DNA of 64,000 nucleotides from Vermamoeba vermiformis (Eukaryota): NCBI GenBank assembly GCA_045837725.1, contig JBEWZL010000216.1, positions 62,001 to 126,000 of the forward strand, read 5' to 3'. Shown piece by piece: positions 40,379 to 52,500 of this stretch (position 1 is its first letter; each line of letters starts with the position of its first letter). The notes under the pieces were generated by a model. It saw only the letters and a program-made list of their open reading frames with translations, ran no database searches and was not told where the DNA came from. The position numbers and the translations under genes were made by a program.

Positions 40379-40647
40379 CTGCCGTTTGAAAAAACAATCA
40401 ATTAAAACTACCGTCATTTAAAATTGTGAATAAAATTATCGATAAATACGCACCTTTGTTGTATTAATAAATAGAAACGAATCAAAAAGAAGAAAGTTAC
40501 AACGAAAATCTTGACGGATTGACAGTTGTCCGAACCGCAAAAAATCTAGGCCTGATTATTGCCTCCCATAATCATCTTCTATTTATTTGACAATTGAACC
40601 ACCGGTCTCGATCATTAACATTGTCAAAGAACAGCAAAACAAACGAG

Positions 40648-42236
40648 ATGCTCCGCTCAGTCGTTTTCACCGTCGCTATTTTAGCAGTAATCGTTGCTTG
40701 CACTGCAAATGATTATCACCGCGGTCCTTGTGTTAAGCACAATAAGGAGGCCGCTAAGAACCTCAAGTTGGCTCCAAATCCGCCTGTTACGCCCAAGGCA
40801 AATCTGCCCAAAAACTTCGAGTAAGCTTGAATAATTCAGAATTTATTAATAATGACATTATAATGATAAAAATCTTGAATAATATTAATTTTAATCGAAG
40901 TTTTCCGTTGCAATAATTAATTGACACTGCATCCTTTTCCTTGTGCAATAGCAATTGGACCTGGGTCTAATCTTTGTTATATATAGTTGGAGAAACAACA
41001 ATGGCATTAACTACCTCACTGTCTCGCGTAATCAACACTTGCCTCAATGTAAGTAACGGATAGGAAGCTTTATTCTTGCTGATTATTCTAATCGTGTTTT
41101 TGAATAGATTGTGGCTCTTGCTGGTCCTTCGCCACGTAAGTAATACTTATTTATATCACAAATAGAACGCTTCGGCCGGCCGAGTCGAAAAGCAATCTGA
41201 AAGCAGATTTGCGAGCGGGCGCAAGATCTTCGTAATACTCCTTTGCTAATCTATTTCAAATAGTACCTCTGCTTTGGGCGATCGTATTCGTATTTTGAGA
41301 AAGAATGCTTGGCCTGAAGTTAACCTTGGTCCTCAAAGTAAGTTACAACCAAATCTACCTCAAAATTTTAAGCCGATAGATCCGATTGAAACACTACAAA
41401 AATATCGTATCGTGCTCTAATATAATGTATTACAGTTATGATCAACTGCGGTGATGCTGGTAACTGCGGTGGTGGAGATCCTACTTTGGCCTACGCTTGG
41501 ATGAAGAAATACGGCATTCCCGACGAGACGTAAGTTTATAATATATTAAACGTGCTTATATTAATCATATGTATATAGTTGCCAAGCCTACCAAGCCTCT
41601 AACAACAACTGCTCTGCTCTTACTACTTGCGAGACTTGCCATCCGGATGGAACTTGCAATGCCATCAAGAAACCCACTCGTTACTTCGTGGATCAACACG
41701 GTGAGATCAGCGGCGAAGCTGCTATGATGAGCGAGATCTACAACAGAGGGTACGTATTTGAATTTTTTGAGGCAAATCCAAATCTGATATTTTGTTCGGC
41801 GCTCTAATTTTCTTGAGACCTTATCTAACAACTTTTCTATATAGTCCTATTGCCTGCGGTGTTGCTGCTACTCAAGCTCTCGTTAACTTCAACGGCAAGG
41901 GTGTCTTCAAGGTAAGTTTTTCGCGGACCAGATTCGCTCTTTTCAATTGAGACTAATATACCGCTCAATAGGATACTTCTAACCCTAGCACTTGGGAAAT
42001 CGATCACGAGATTTCCATCGTTGGTTGGGGCGTTGACGATGCCACCAACACTCCTTACTGGATCATGCGCAACTCTTGGGGCACTTTCTGGGCCGATAAC
42101 GGCTATGCTAAGTAGGTCCTTATTATTAATAATAAGAAGCATATACTAATCGCTGCATACTAGGATCATCCGTGGTTCCAACAACATGCTGATCGAATCT
42201 GACTGCGATTGGGCCACTCCCCTCAAGTTCTGGTAA
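40648..42236 (+). CDS. CTSZ: Cathepsin Z/X-like cysteine protease, divergently transcribed paralog
   Basis: RNQHLPQYCGSCWSF, GPIAC, DHEISIVGWG, YWIMRNSWGTFW; many introns. Confidence 0.92.
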
Positions 42237-42472
42237 AACTACAATACTGAAGCTTTTGTCTATTAGTAGATGTTAATAGCAACATAAATATAATACTTGA
42301 CTTGAACTTAAGGTCTTTAAGTTGCCGCTGGTACGAAGATGCATCCGTTTTGAGCTCTGCTTTTTGACCATTTATCCGTGTCTATTGTTCGTATTGAAAT
42401 TGAGTTGTATAAGTATCGTTTATTTTGTTTATTTAATTTATTTGTTCTAGAACGCTCAACAAGAAAAAACAG

Positions 42473-44985
42473 ATGAGCGCATCTCAAACCGAAAAAGAAG
42501 CAGGAATTAATTATCAATCTTCTCCTACAGATGTTGCCGAATATCTTGCTCGTCAGCTCCCTTTCTTGACCGAATCAGCAAAAGAAAAACTGATCGAGGC
42601 GCAATTTAATGGATTTGCGGTCTTATGCTACGAGAATAAAGATTTAATCATGGAAGATTTACAAAATATGGAAATATTTGGTCCGACAGACCCTACAGCG
42701 CATAAAGAACTTTTGGCAAGAATGATAATAACTTTGGCGAAGTCGATCGACCAGCAGGAGGAAGTAACCAAGCTGCTAAAATGCAATTATACGAATGTAG
42801 GCGATTGGCTTGCATCTGCACGCGTTTTAGAACCCGAAGAGGCTACTACAAACGCGTTGTTTTTGGATCTTCCCGTGGATCCGTTCTGCCTCATGTATTC
42901 CGATTTAGAAGCGCTACTTACCGATAAAGAAGTAATACCGCTTAAGAAACATCGAGTAAGAGCTATTTGGACAGCCATAAGTACCATAAATCCCAGTTAC
43001 GTTGAACGCGAATCTAATCCACGAACAGAAAAAAGAACCAACGATGGCTACGGCATGAGAGAATCGAGCAAAAGTACGCATTAATTTTTATAAACTTGGA
43101 ATAATGTTTAAAACAGAGCGAAGCTTCGAGGAGGCGATAGAAGATCTCGCTCCACCAAAGCACCCTCGAAAAGGACTACGTAAGTATTGCATACAGTGTT
43201 ATGTTTTTTCTGAAATATTTTAGGTGCTGCAGACGCCTTTAATTGTAATAGAATAGTCCCTTGGACTAATGATTCTGAAACAACCTTGATCTCGCATATC
43301 CTGCAAATCTGCAAATTGAATTTCGATGCAAACTTGACACTGCAAAGACAAATGTTTGGCACTTCATTGCAACATTCTCTTTCTTGCCTGACAGGTGGAA
43401 AAATGTTTGAATTCCTGCTGTACAATCCACTAGGTTCAAATGAACTTGACAGGATTGACAATGCTCTTTGCCAAGTCACCAACAATTTGCAGGCATTGTC
43501 CAAGATTGTATTGCTGTACCAAGTTTCAGGGGCTGGAAAGACCAAATATGCCTATGATTTAGCCAGCAGAGGCTACACATTGGTTTTGAGACTCATCAAA
43601 AGTGACATACAGCCCATCACTCAAACACTATCAAAGGCAGCCCAACAATATGGCTCAATTCTTGACGTTCAGCAGCGCTTTGATTTCACTTGGTACTCTT
43701 TATGTGTTCCCTACTTGTGGCTATTTGCACACTTGAAGTTTCTTGAATACTACCAGCAAACTCTTCTTCCAAAAATTGAAGCTAGCTTAGTCAACTGCAC
43801 AAGCAAGTAGCATAAGATTAGTTAGCATTGAATCACTTGCTTATTTCTTTTGCAGTTACTCTCACCAATGTTCAAAAGTACCAATTGTTTCACCTGGCAC
43901 AAACAAATGGATCAATTGCCAAAGACTACATTGCACACGTAGTTTATACACACTTGGCTAAGATGACCCATACTATGGAGAAGCCACAAAGCCTTGTCGA
44001 ACAACTTCAAAAAGATATTGGCAAATTATACAAGTACCTTCAAGTTAAGGTAAGTTAAGTTTACTTCAAGTTGATTGTGTTGTTAACAAGCTTAGGCCAT
44101 TGTGTTTGATGAACTCTTTACTCTCACAAATGTTGGAGTTGGCTGCTTCATGCACAACAGTGATTTGCAGAAACTTGCTTCCTCTTGTGATAACTATTCC
44201 CAAGTTTGTGAAATGGTTTACGCACAACAAAAGGAAATGCATGACAACTATTTTGACATTACTATGCTTGAATTGCCAGAGCCTGCTGCAAATGTTTCAC
44301 TAAAGCCCACATCAGTGGTCAATGGTTTTATGCACCTGATTGGCTCATTAAATAAGTTGGGCATGCCTTTTTTGCTCGTTGACACCAGCAAGAGAGCTTG
44401 CAAATACTATTTGTTTGGATTAGACCTAAAGATGATAGTGCCAGATATCTTCATAGATACAGATGCAATGCGTAAGTCACTACTTGACAACTGTATGTTT
44501 TGTACTGAACTCAATTAAGTGCACTTCTTGGAGTATTATTTTGGACCATCAAATCAGACTGAAAAACTGAAGCCTCTGTTGAACAAGTTCAAAGGCAGAG
44601 GTCTGTTTTTCTTCCAAAGCCTAGTGGTTCAATATCTGGTGCCCCAATTGCAGAAAAACAAACCGACTACAAGAGCAGAAGTTGATCAAATCATCATAAC
44701 ATTGTTGCAAATTGGAGATGAGAGAGATGCAGATCTCAGGCAACTGCCTATGTGAAGAGATTCTTTGACTCAGAACATGTTAGTGATCAAGTCAAAGCAA
44801 AAATTTGCAGCTTATGCAATGGTGGAAATGTAACACTTGAAGAATCAGAGCTTGGAAAAGTTGACAAAGAAGTTGGCCAATTGATTTCATTCCTTAAAAA
44901 ACATGAAGATACAATCTTGTGGCAGTTTTCAGAGCCATTCATTTTAGAGCAGATTGTGCAATACTTCAACAACAAGTCTGCCTAA
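42473..44985 (+). CDS. SAM-like-header Crinkler-like P-loop NTPase (copy C); frameshift near 44740, possible pseudogene
   Basis: SPTDVAEYL...AQFNGFAVL header; YQVSGAGKTK; IVFDEL; EPFILE; collinear with copy B. Confidence 0.62.
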
Positions 44986-45148
44986 GACAGCTCTTGCTGA
45001 CAGTACACCAAAACAAAAAGTTACAAAGCTAACAATAACAAGATGCAGTGGTCCAAATGTATTGTACAAGTGTTTGTTAATCTTTATTATTTTTCATTTT
45101 TTTTAAACAATAAATAAAAGGCTGTTAAATAACAATTTGGGTTCTAAC

Positions 45149-48100
45149 CTACTCGTATTTGGGTGCATTCAGTTTGCCCATCTGACTCAGTTCATCACCT
45201 TCATCATCGTTTGTGCCTTCAACATAATAAGCTCTTCCTGAGAATTTTAAACCATTTGCGTTTGTATTAATATTCTCGTTTGTATTATTATTTGTGTTAT
45301 TGTTCTTCGAAGGCTTTCCGTAATTCTTTGCACTATCCAGACCCTTTCGTTGAATACTTGATAACACGTCTTGTTCGGCAACAAAAACGTCTCTTTGTGC
45401 CTCTAAGCTCTCTAACGATGCTAAAATTGTTTCAAAGTCGGGTCGTTTTTGCGGATCTGTTGCCACGCATTCTTCAATGATGGATAGGAAAGTTATGACC
45501 GTAGGAGACTAAAAATAGCACCGTAAGTGAATATTCGAGATCGTATAGCGAAAAAAAGACCATTTTGGTTTGAAAGTGGATGTGGCACGGGATCCGATCG
45601 ACTTACCTGCTGATACTCTTCCTTCAATACTTTGAAGTGCTCATAAGTAGTGTTGCCTTTAGAGGCCTTCTTCTTGGTCAAAAGCTCGAACAAAACTAAG
45701 CCATACATATATACATCTGATTCACGCGAGTACAGTTGAATCTTGTTTTCAACCTACAAACAGCATCGTTAGGCGGTTTCCTAATAAGGAAATCGACGCG
45801 AAATTTCTTGAAATTTCTTAAAGGTCTCGGCTATATTACGAAACTAAGGCTTACCTCTGGCGGTCGAATTCGCTTGTAAATTTTGTTCGAGGCCAAGATG
45901 CTGCCTGCCACGGCTGACAAACCAAAATCTGCTACTTTACATTCACCGCTATCTGCGACCTGAACCTTATATTAGTCCTATTAAGCTATAATATTACCGC
46001 AATCAACTCTTACCAAGATATTATTCGTGTGCAAGTCGCGGTGTAAAATTATTGGCTTGCGTGAATGCAGCCACGCCATGCCTCGTGCAGTTGTAATGGC
46101 GCATTTGAGGACATTAGGCCACGTCAATTCTGTCATCAAGTATTTGCGCAGACTACCTACAACGAAAAAAACGTAAGTTTAGATGCTGAATCTAGCTAGA
46201 TCCAGAACGTGACTGTTCGATTGATTTGAAAAGGTTCAATAGGGTTATATGTAAGTTACGCACCTCGATGCAAGTACTCGGTAATAATACAAGGGACGCC
46301 CTCGTCAGTGGTGCTGGCGCCTAAGAACATCAAAATGTTTGGATGGTGGATCTCACTCATCAACCCGACTTCATATTCAAAACTTTGTTTTGTGACTTGA
46401 TCGATGCGATTGATATCCATCTTTAACATCTTGACGGCGACAGGGGTACCTGCAGAAGAGTTAGATTAGATCGGAACAGATCGAAAAAGATCGTTGGTGC
46501 ATTTGGTTTAGCGTAACGAGATTAATATTAACTAATTATAATGTACGCGTACCATGAAGAGCGCCTTTAAAGACTGTTCCAAACTCTCCGTCACCCAAAA
46601 TAATGTTGCGATCGAAGTTAACCTCATTGAATGAAGTCTCCCATTTCCATGCTCGAGTGCCAGGGTCGTAATCTGAATATATTTGGTAAGTTTCCGTGCA
46701 AAAAGAGCAAATCGGGCTCGTTCGAACAAAAAGGAAAAAGAGCAAAAAAATTCGCTCCCACCTGGGTTCGAACCAGGGACCTTTCGGTTAACAGCCGAAC
46801 GCTCTGCCGACTGAGCTATGGAAGCTTGTTGACCCGACGATTTCAAAAAAACGGGACCAGTCCGGTCGACATTGATAACTCTTTGTTTTTACCTTCTAGC
46901 AGCTTCTTGATTCTATGAGTGGAAGGCAAATCAATGGCTCGTGATCGCAAGTTGTTCTCGATTCGCGGGTTGATCTTTCGTTGCAGTAACATTTCCACGA
47001 CTCGTTCGTGACCGTGTTTGGCCGCCTATTCAAACGATAATTAGGCGAGTTGTGGTACGCAAAATCGATCGAAATTTTGCTTACCTTGTGCAGGCCTGAC
47101 TCGCCGTGATTATCTACAGTATTTACATCTGCTCCGAAAGTCACCAACTGTTCAGCGCATTCTAAAGCACTAAGCAAACGTGTTATTAGGACAACCAATT
47201 ATGCCAAACTAGTTGCATACCCGATCTCACATGCAGTGAGTAACGGCGTGAGTCCGTGCTTGTTCCGCAAATGAACGTTTGCACCGCGTTGCAGCAACAT
47301 TGTGACGTAATGTACCTCCTTGGCATAGACAGCTGTTTTAAATGTTATAAATCATCTTATTTAGGGCAACGTTGTGCTTCGTACCTAAGAACAGAGGCGT
47401 GTTTCCGAGGTTGTTTTGTGCGTCAACTTCGAGGTCTTGTCGATGCAGCAACTGATCGACAAATTCAGGTCTGAAAATATCTTCCAAAAAGCACAGATGC
47501 AATGGCGTGTTGAGCAACAACGGCACGGTGACATTGACGTCCGCGTGTCGTTCTAACAATAACATGGCAATATCGGGTCGACGCTTTTTCATAGCAATTA
47601 ACAAAGGCACCTGCACGCACGTTAAAAATTTTGCATAAGGATTAAATAATTAATTCAACAACGTACCTCGCCTTCGCTGTTTGGCACATTGACGTCTGCG
47701 CCTTGATTGTCAATCAGATCTCGCAAAAGCTAATCACGAGGGCATTAGTATGGAGAATGTTCGTATTAATTTTTGTTGTTATAGTACCTCAGTATCACCG
47801 AATTCAATTGCGTGGATCAATGGCGTTACTCCGCGCTCGTCCAACTCGTTGATGAAACAGTTGGAAAGAATGTCGCTTTGAAACAACGGATTGCTCGTTG
47901 TGGATGCCGAGGAGTGACTCAACTGAGTTGATTTTGGGCGGCTGCAATTGATACATTAGCACGATTATAATGTTCATTGACAATATCATTCAAACATTAA
48001 TATTATAATATGTATTAGTACTTACGGTGACTCGTGTGATTTTTGTAAACTGATCTCTTCAGATTTGGCTGTTTTGATAGAAATAAAGTCCGTCGATAAA

Positions 48101-49333
48101 TGTGACTAATAATAGATTACGGTTAGCTTTTTTCATGAAAATATGATTATTCATGAAGCAGTAATCTTACCACGTGTCTTCGTGCCATTCGTTCCGACAA
48201 AGGCATACTCGGCTCAACCATAAACTCGCTCTTCTTGGGCGGTTTGACTGCTGAAAAAGAACGAGGGAAATTTGTCGGTGAAGAACTCAATTCGCTTGCA
48301 CGTGTTGCACGGCTTGTTTTCGTACTTCGACCTCGCTTCTTGCGACTCGACTTTCGTTCAAGTTTTCTAGCACTAGAGGACGATTTGACCAAATCCTATT
48401 CATTCAATAGTTAGGGGCTGGCATCTTTAGAAGTGGTATATAATTGTTATATTGTAAGAATATCGTTATTGAGTGCCGAAGTGAGTCAAACACACGGGAT
48501 CTAAAATTAAAACTTGATTTGTTATCTAACATCCCAAATCTCTATTTATATCTTTATCTTGTAAATATTAATTAATGGTGTATTTATATGGCTGTTATGA
48601 TAATATTCAGACCGATTACACGATTTTGGATCGTCGATCTCAAAAAATTATTTGGAGGAAGTCTAAAGGTTTTTAGTTTGCAATATAAATTTGTGACTAT
48701 ACTTACGCTATATTGATTTCGTAGGTCTTCATATTTCTCGCACATTTTTTGATATTCTTTTCGGAGTTTTTGGTATTGTTCGCTGTTGTCTTCGCTCGAG
48801 CTTAGATCCGGTGATTCTTCATCGCCGCTAAGCTCAGACGAGGAATATGAAGATGACGAGCTGCTTTCTATTCATGAAATTAGTATAATTATTTTGCGAT
48901 GGATAAATGTCTTGAAGAAATTTTGGATCGCGTATTCTTCAAAATCAAAATTTAACTTTACTCGCAATCATATTTGCACTATAATATAATGTTATAATGT
49001 AATATTTTAAGCGGAGTTGCCGACATTTTAAACCAGTTATTCGAATTCTAATTTTCAATCTGCTGTTAATCGATAATTTAACGGAGTTAAAGAATAGATA
49101 CTAATCATTATACTGATAATATTATTTATAGACGCATTTATTATTATTTTAAAATTAAAATTACGCTAGATTTACTCGCCACAACAACGAAAAACTAGAA
49201 ATTGGTTAGAATAATATTTACCTTCGTCAGACGATCTTGATTCGTGCGAATCAGAATAATCACTTTCATTGGAGTCTAAATTGGCGTGCCTTAGTCTATT
49301 AGGTGTCCGATCCCTTCTGTTTTTGTGTGCCAT
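45149..49333 (-). CDS. Ankyrin-repeat + TKL protein kinase with Ser/acidic N-terminus
   Basis: Ankyrin exons (TPLHLC, GNTPL, GLTPLL, GESGLHK); GDGEFGTV, VAVK, HRDLHTNN, VADFG, DVYMYG, CVATDPQKRPDF. Confidence 0.88.
46753..46825 (-). tRNA. trnN-GTT: tRNA-Asn(GTT), inside intron 46673-46892 of the ankyrin-kinase gene
   Basis: GCTTCCATAGCTCAGTCGGCAGAGCGTTCGGCTGTTAACCGAAAGGTCCCTGGTTCGAACCCAGGTGGGAGCG: full cloverleaf, A/B boxes, followed by a T7 terminator. Confidence 0.97.
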
Positions 49334-49559
49334 CTTGTTTTTCTAATCCCATGAAATAACTTCCAAAATGATGTAGTTGCTTGTAGCACTCGTATTCATA
49401 TGAATATCTAAATGGTATTCGCTCAACGTGCGAATTTAAAAGCCTCCCAGGGAGGCAAAAAAGTTGAAAAATCGTTTTTTGGATCAAATTCAAATTTTGT
49501 TCGAGAATCAGCAGATCAAGAGCCGTAATAATGTTATAATATCGGACCAGTAATTTTAA
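49334..49559. promoter_or_regulatory. Putative bidirectional promoter between the ankyrin-kinase and karyopherin genes
   Basis: Only 226 nt between divergent inferred ATGs (49333 minus, 49560 plus). Confidence 0.5.
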
Positions 49560-52500
49560 ATGGAGAATTTAAAAGATACCGCCATAAAGGTACGCTTTGG
49601 CATGAGTTGGAATGAAGTTGCAAATCTCATCAAAAATATTTAAAATATCTTACAGGCTATCTTTGCACTATATGATCCTCAAAATGGACCAAAAAAACAA
49701 GAAGCGAACCAATGGCTTATGAAATTTGTATCCACTCCAGAAGCGTGGGATATTTCAAAAGAGTTATTGTCTTCAACGGTAAGCTGCTCTTGATCCTTTA
49801 ATTAAAATAAGAAAATATTTTAATTAGTGTAAATTGCATATTATTTTACCCTAATTAAATTAATTACACAAAGAGTCGCGGGATCTAAAGATATTTTTTT
49901 GATATGATTTTTCTCTAGTACCGAGAAGTCCAGTTCGTAGCTGCTCAAAGTCTATGGCAAAAAACACGCAATGATTGGTATGTCACGATATTGCATTAAA
50001 TTTCCTATGTAATTTTTGAATTGTCGTAATAATTCCAAAATGCCAACCAAATCCAAGTCAAATGGAGCAAGACCGCAGAATAATTGTTTATATCATTTAA
50101 TAATTTAATGCATTAGCACAGGTGACTTTAATATAATTATTTCAATATTATCTATCACGCAAGTCTCGAGCCAAAAATATTTATTTTTTCGAAAAGGAAT
50201 CCGCTCCCAGAAGAAGTTAAGAAACAATTGCCGAGTCAATTATTAGGCCTTGCGTTACAACATGCTTCGGTAGATCGTATTGTTCGCGTACGACTTTGCT
50301 TGGCTGTTGCTGCTGCAGGTAACTTTATTTTTTTCAAACCTCTCAATTCTTCATAGATTACCTTATTTAGTATTTTTATTTTATAAATATATATTATTTT
50401 ATGTTTATATATTATTTTGAAACGATTTGTTACTCCTGAAAAACGACGCCTGAAAGATCTGGATCTCACAATTACGCGACTATATGCCGATTTTAATAAT
50501 ATAAATGTCATACGAATGCTTATTTATTATATTAGGCATTCGAGCTATCCCAACCTATTGGCCTACGATGTTTACAGATCTGCTCAATTTGGTGGTCAAT
50601 CCTCCTTCGGTTCCAAACACTAAACCACTCGATATTAGGTAATTATATTATATACTACTCTTTTTTCGACGCGTAATAATTTTATAACTTTAAATAGGAT
50701 TGTTGTAATGGCTATTTTGTCGTTATTGCCCGAGGAATTAGAAGTAGCAATTTTGAGCCATTCAAAGCAGTAAGTAGCATAATATTACGCTAATATATTT
50801 AAATATTACTTATATATGTATACTATACCCTTAAACTCTAATTTTAAGACTTGTAGTAATCGATCTGAAAAACTGATCAAAATTTTTTTCTTTAATTAGG
50901 GACGAAGTTAGCAAATATTTGATGAATAATGCCCCGCAATTACTGGAATTAATTCGATCGGTATTGCAACAACAAGTCAACAACGAAGAAATGACGCACA
51001 TGAAGTTAACTGCTTTGCAGTGCGTAAAGAATTGGGTCAAATTTGGCGTATCTTTAAGGTAAGGGCATATTTATACTTTAACTATTATTATAAGCGCCTC
51101 TATAATTTATAAGCTCTCTATAAGCCAATACACCATAAATTCCAAAATTGGATCAGCGTATCGGATCTACTTTCTTTATTTAGTTTTTACTGATTAACAT
51201 TACGAATATATAATTACCATATTATATACGAACATAGTATCGTTACTATTATTCGAATTACCTCAGTTAACATTAACGACTAATTTTCTAATATTTACTC
51301 GTGTTATAAGGCCAGCACATTTTCTCTCGAAATATTAACCTTATTTAATATGAAAATAGAATGATGATGGCCGGTTCTCCAAGTTTACTGCAATTATGTT
51401 TCGATGCCATGACTGATACAACACTCTACGGCGATGCATCGGATGTACTTCTCGAAACACTTTCTCGTAGAAGTTCAGGCGATGCTACGCCTAATTTCAA
51501 ATCAGCTCTTGATCTCGCTAAAAATACATTCTACGAATCGGATGAAAATGCGCGAAGAGAGATTTATTCGCGGTTGATCTCGTTACGTAGTTTGTACGAA
51601 AAGACATTGAAGGGAGGGGTCTATCAATTCAATGAAAATTATGGACGGGCTATTGTGCAAGTAGTTTCTGCTTTCTGCGAGTCCAATACCTCATTATTAG
51701 GTAAGCCAAATCCACATCCGAAGAGCGAATTTTTTTTAAATCTACTATTGAAGCGATAAGTATAATAATGATATAAATATATGCCCAAGCAATTACAGGT
51801 ACTAATTCGTAGCCTAGGATGCGGTCTTAATGGCCAAGAGTTGACGATCCAGTTGCTCAATTTCATGCTCGAATGTACAAACGATCCTTTTAAGCAAACG
51901 AGCGAATTAACATTGCCGTTCTGGAACGTACTAGAGAAAGACCTTGCTAACCCAAAAGAAGTAAGTCTCGTTAATTTTCTTTAGTCGATCTAACTTTCGA
52001 TCCTCATCCCAGTACGCGCCTTTATTCGAACATGCTTTTGGTATACTTCTAAGACAGTGTTCATATAATTTAGATTTTGATTATAACGTCGGTTGGAATG
52101 GTAAGCCAGTTCTATTGCTTTATTTCAAATTGAAAATTATTGCTTAAATTAGCTTTAATTTTTTGTGTATATAATTTTCTTATTCCTTAATGCAGTAATA
52201 TACCATGCATAGAATAAAATTTACATCTTTTTCCAATTTATACTTATATTGATAATTTGTTTTTTTCGCTGCTAGATCCGATGTCCAAGGAAGATTTTGA
52301 TGCGTACCGAAAAGAAGCTGAGAATACCTTTAGAGCAGTGTATAATATCTTAGAACAACAGTTTGTTAATATCTTATGGACCTCATTACAACACCACGGC
52401 AACAAATGGCAGACAGCTGAATCCATCTACTTCGCGCTACTTACTGCCGCTGAAAGGATCTCGCCAACAGAACCGTCAATAGCTCAGTTTTGCAATTGGG

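Noticed and set aside
46532-46918. ORFs overlapping the tRNA
   Set aside because: Translations of the tRNA and intron; not independent genes.
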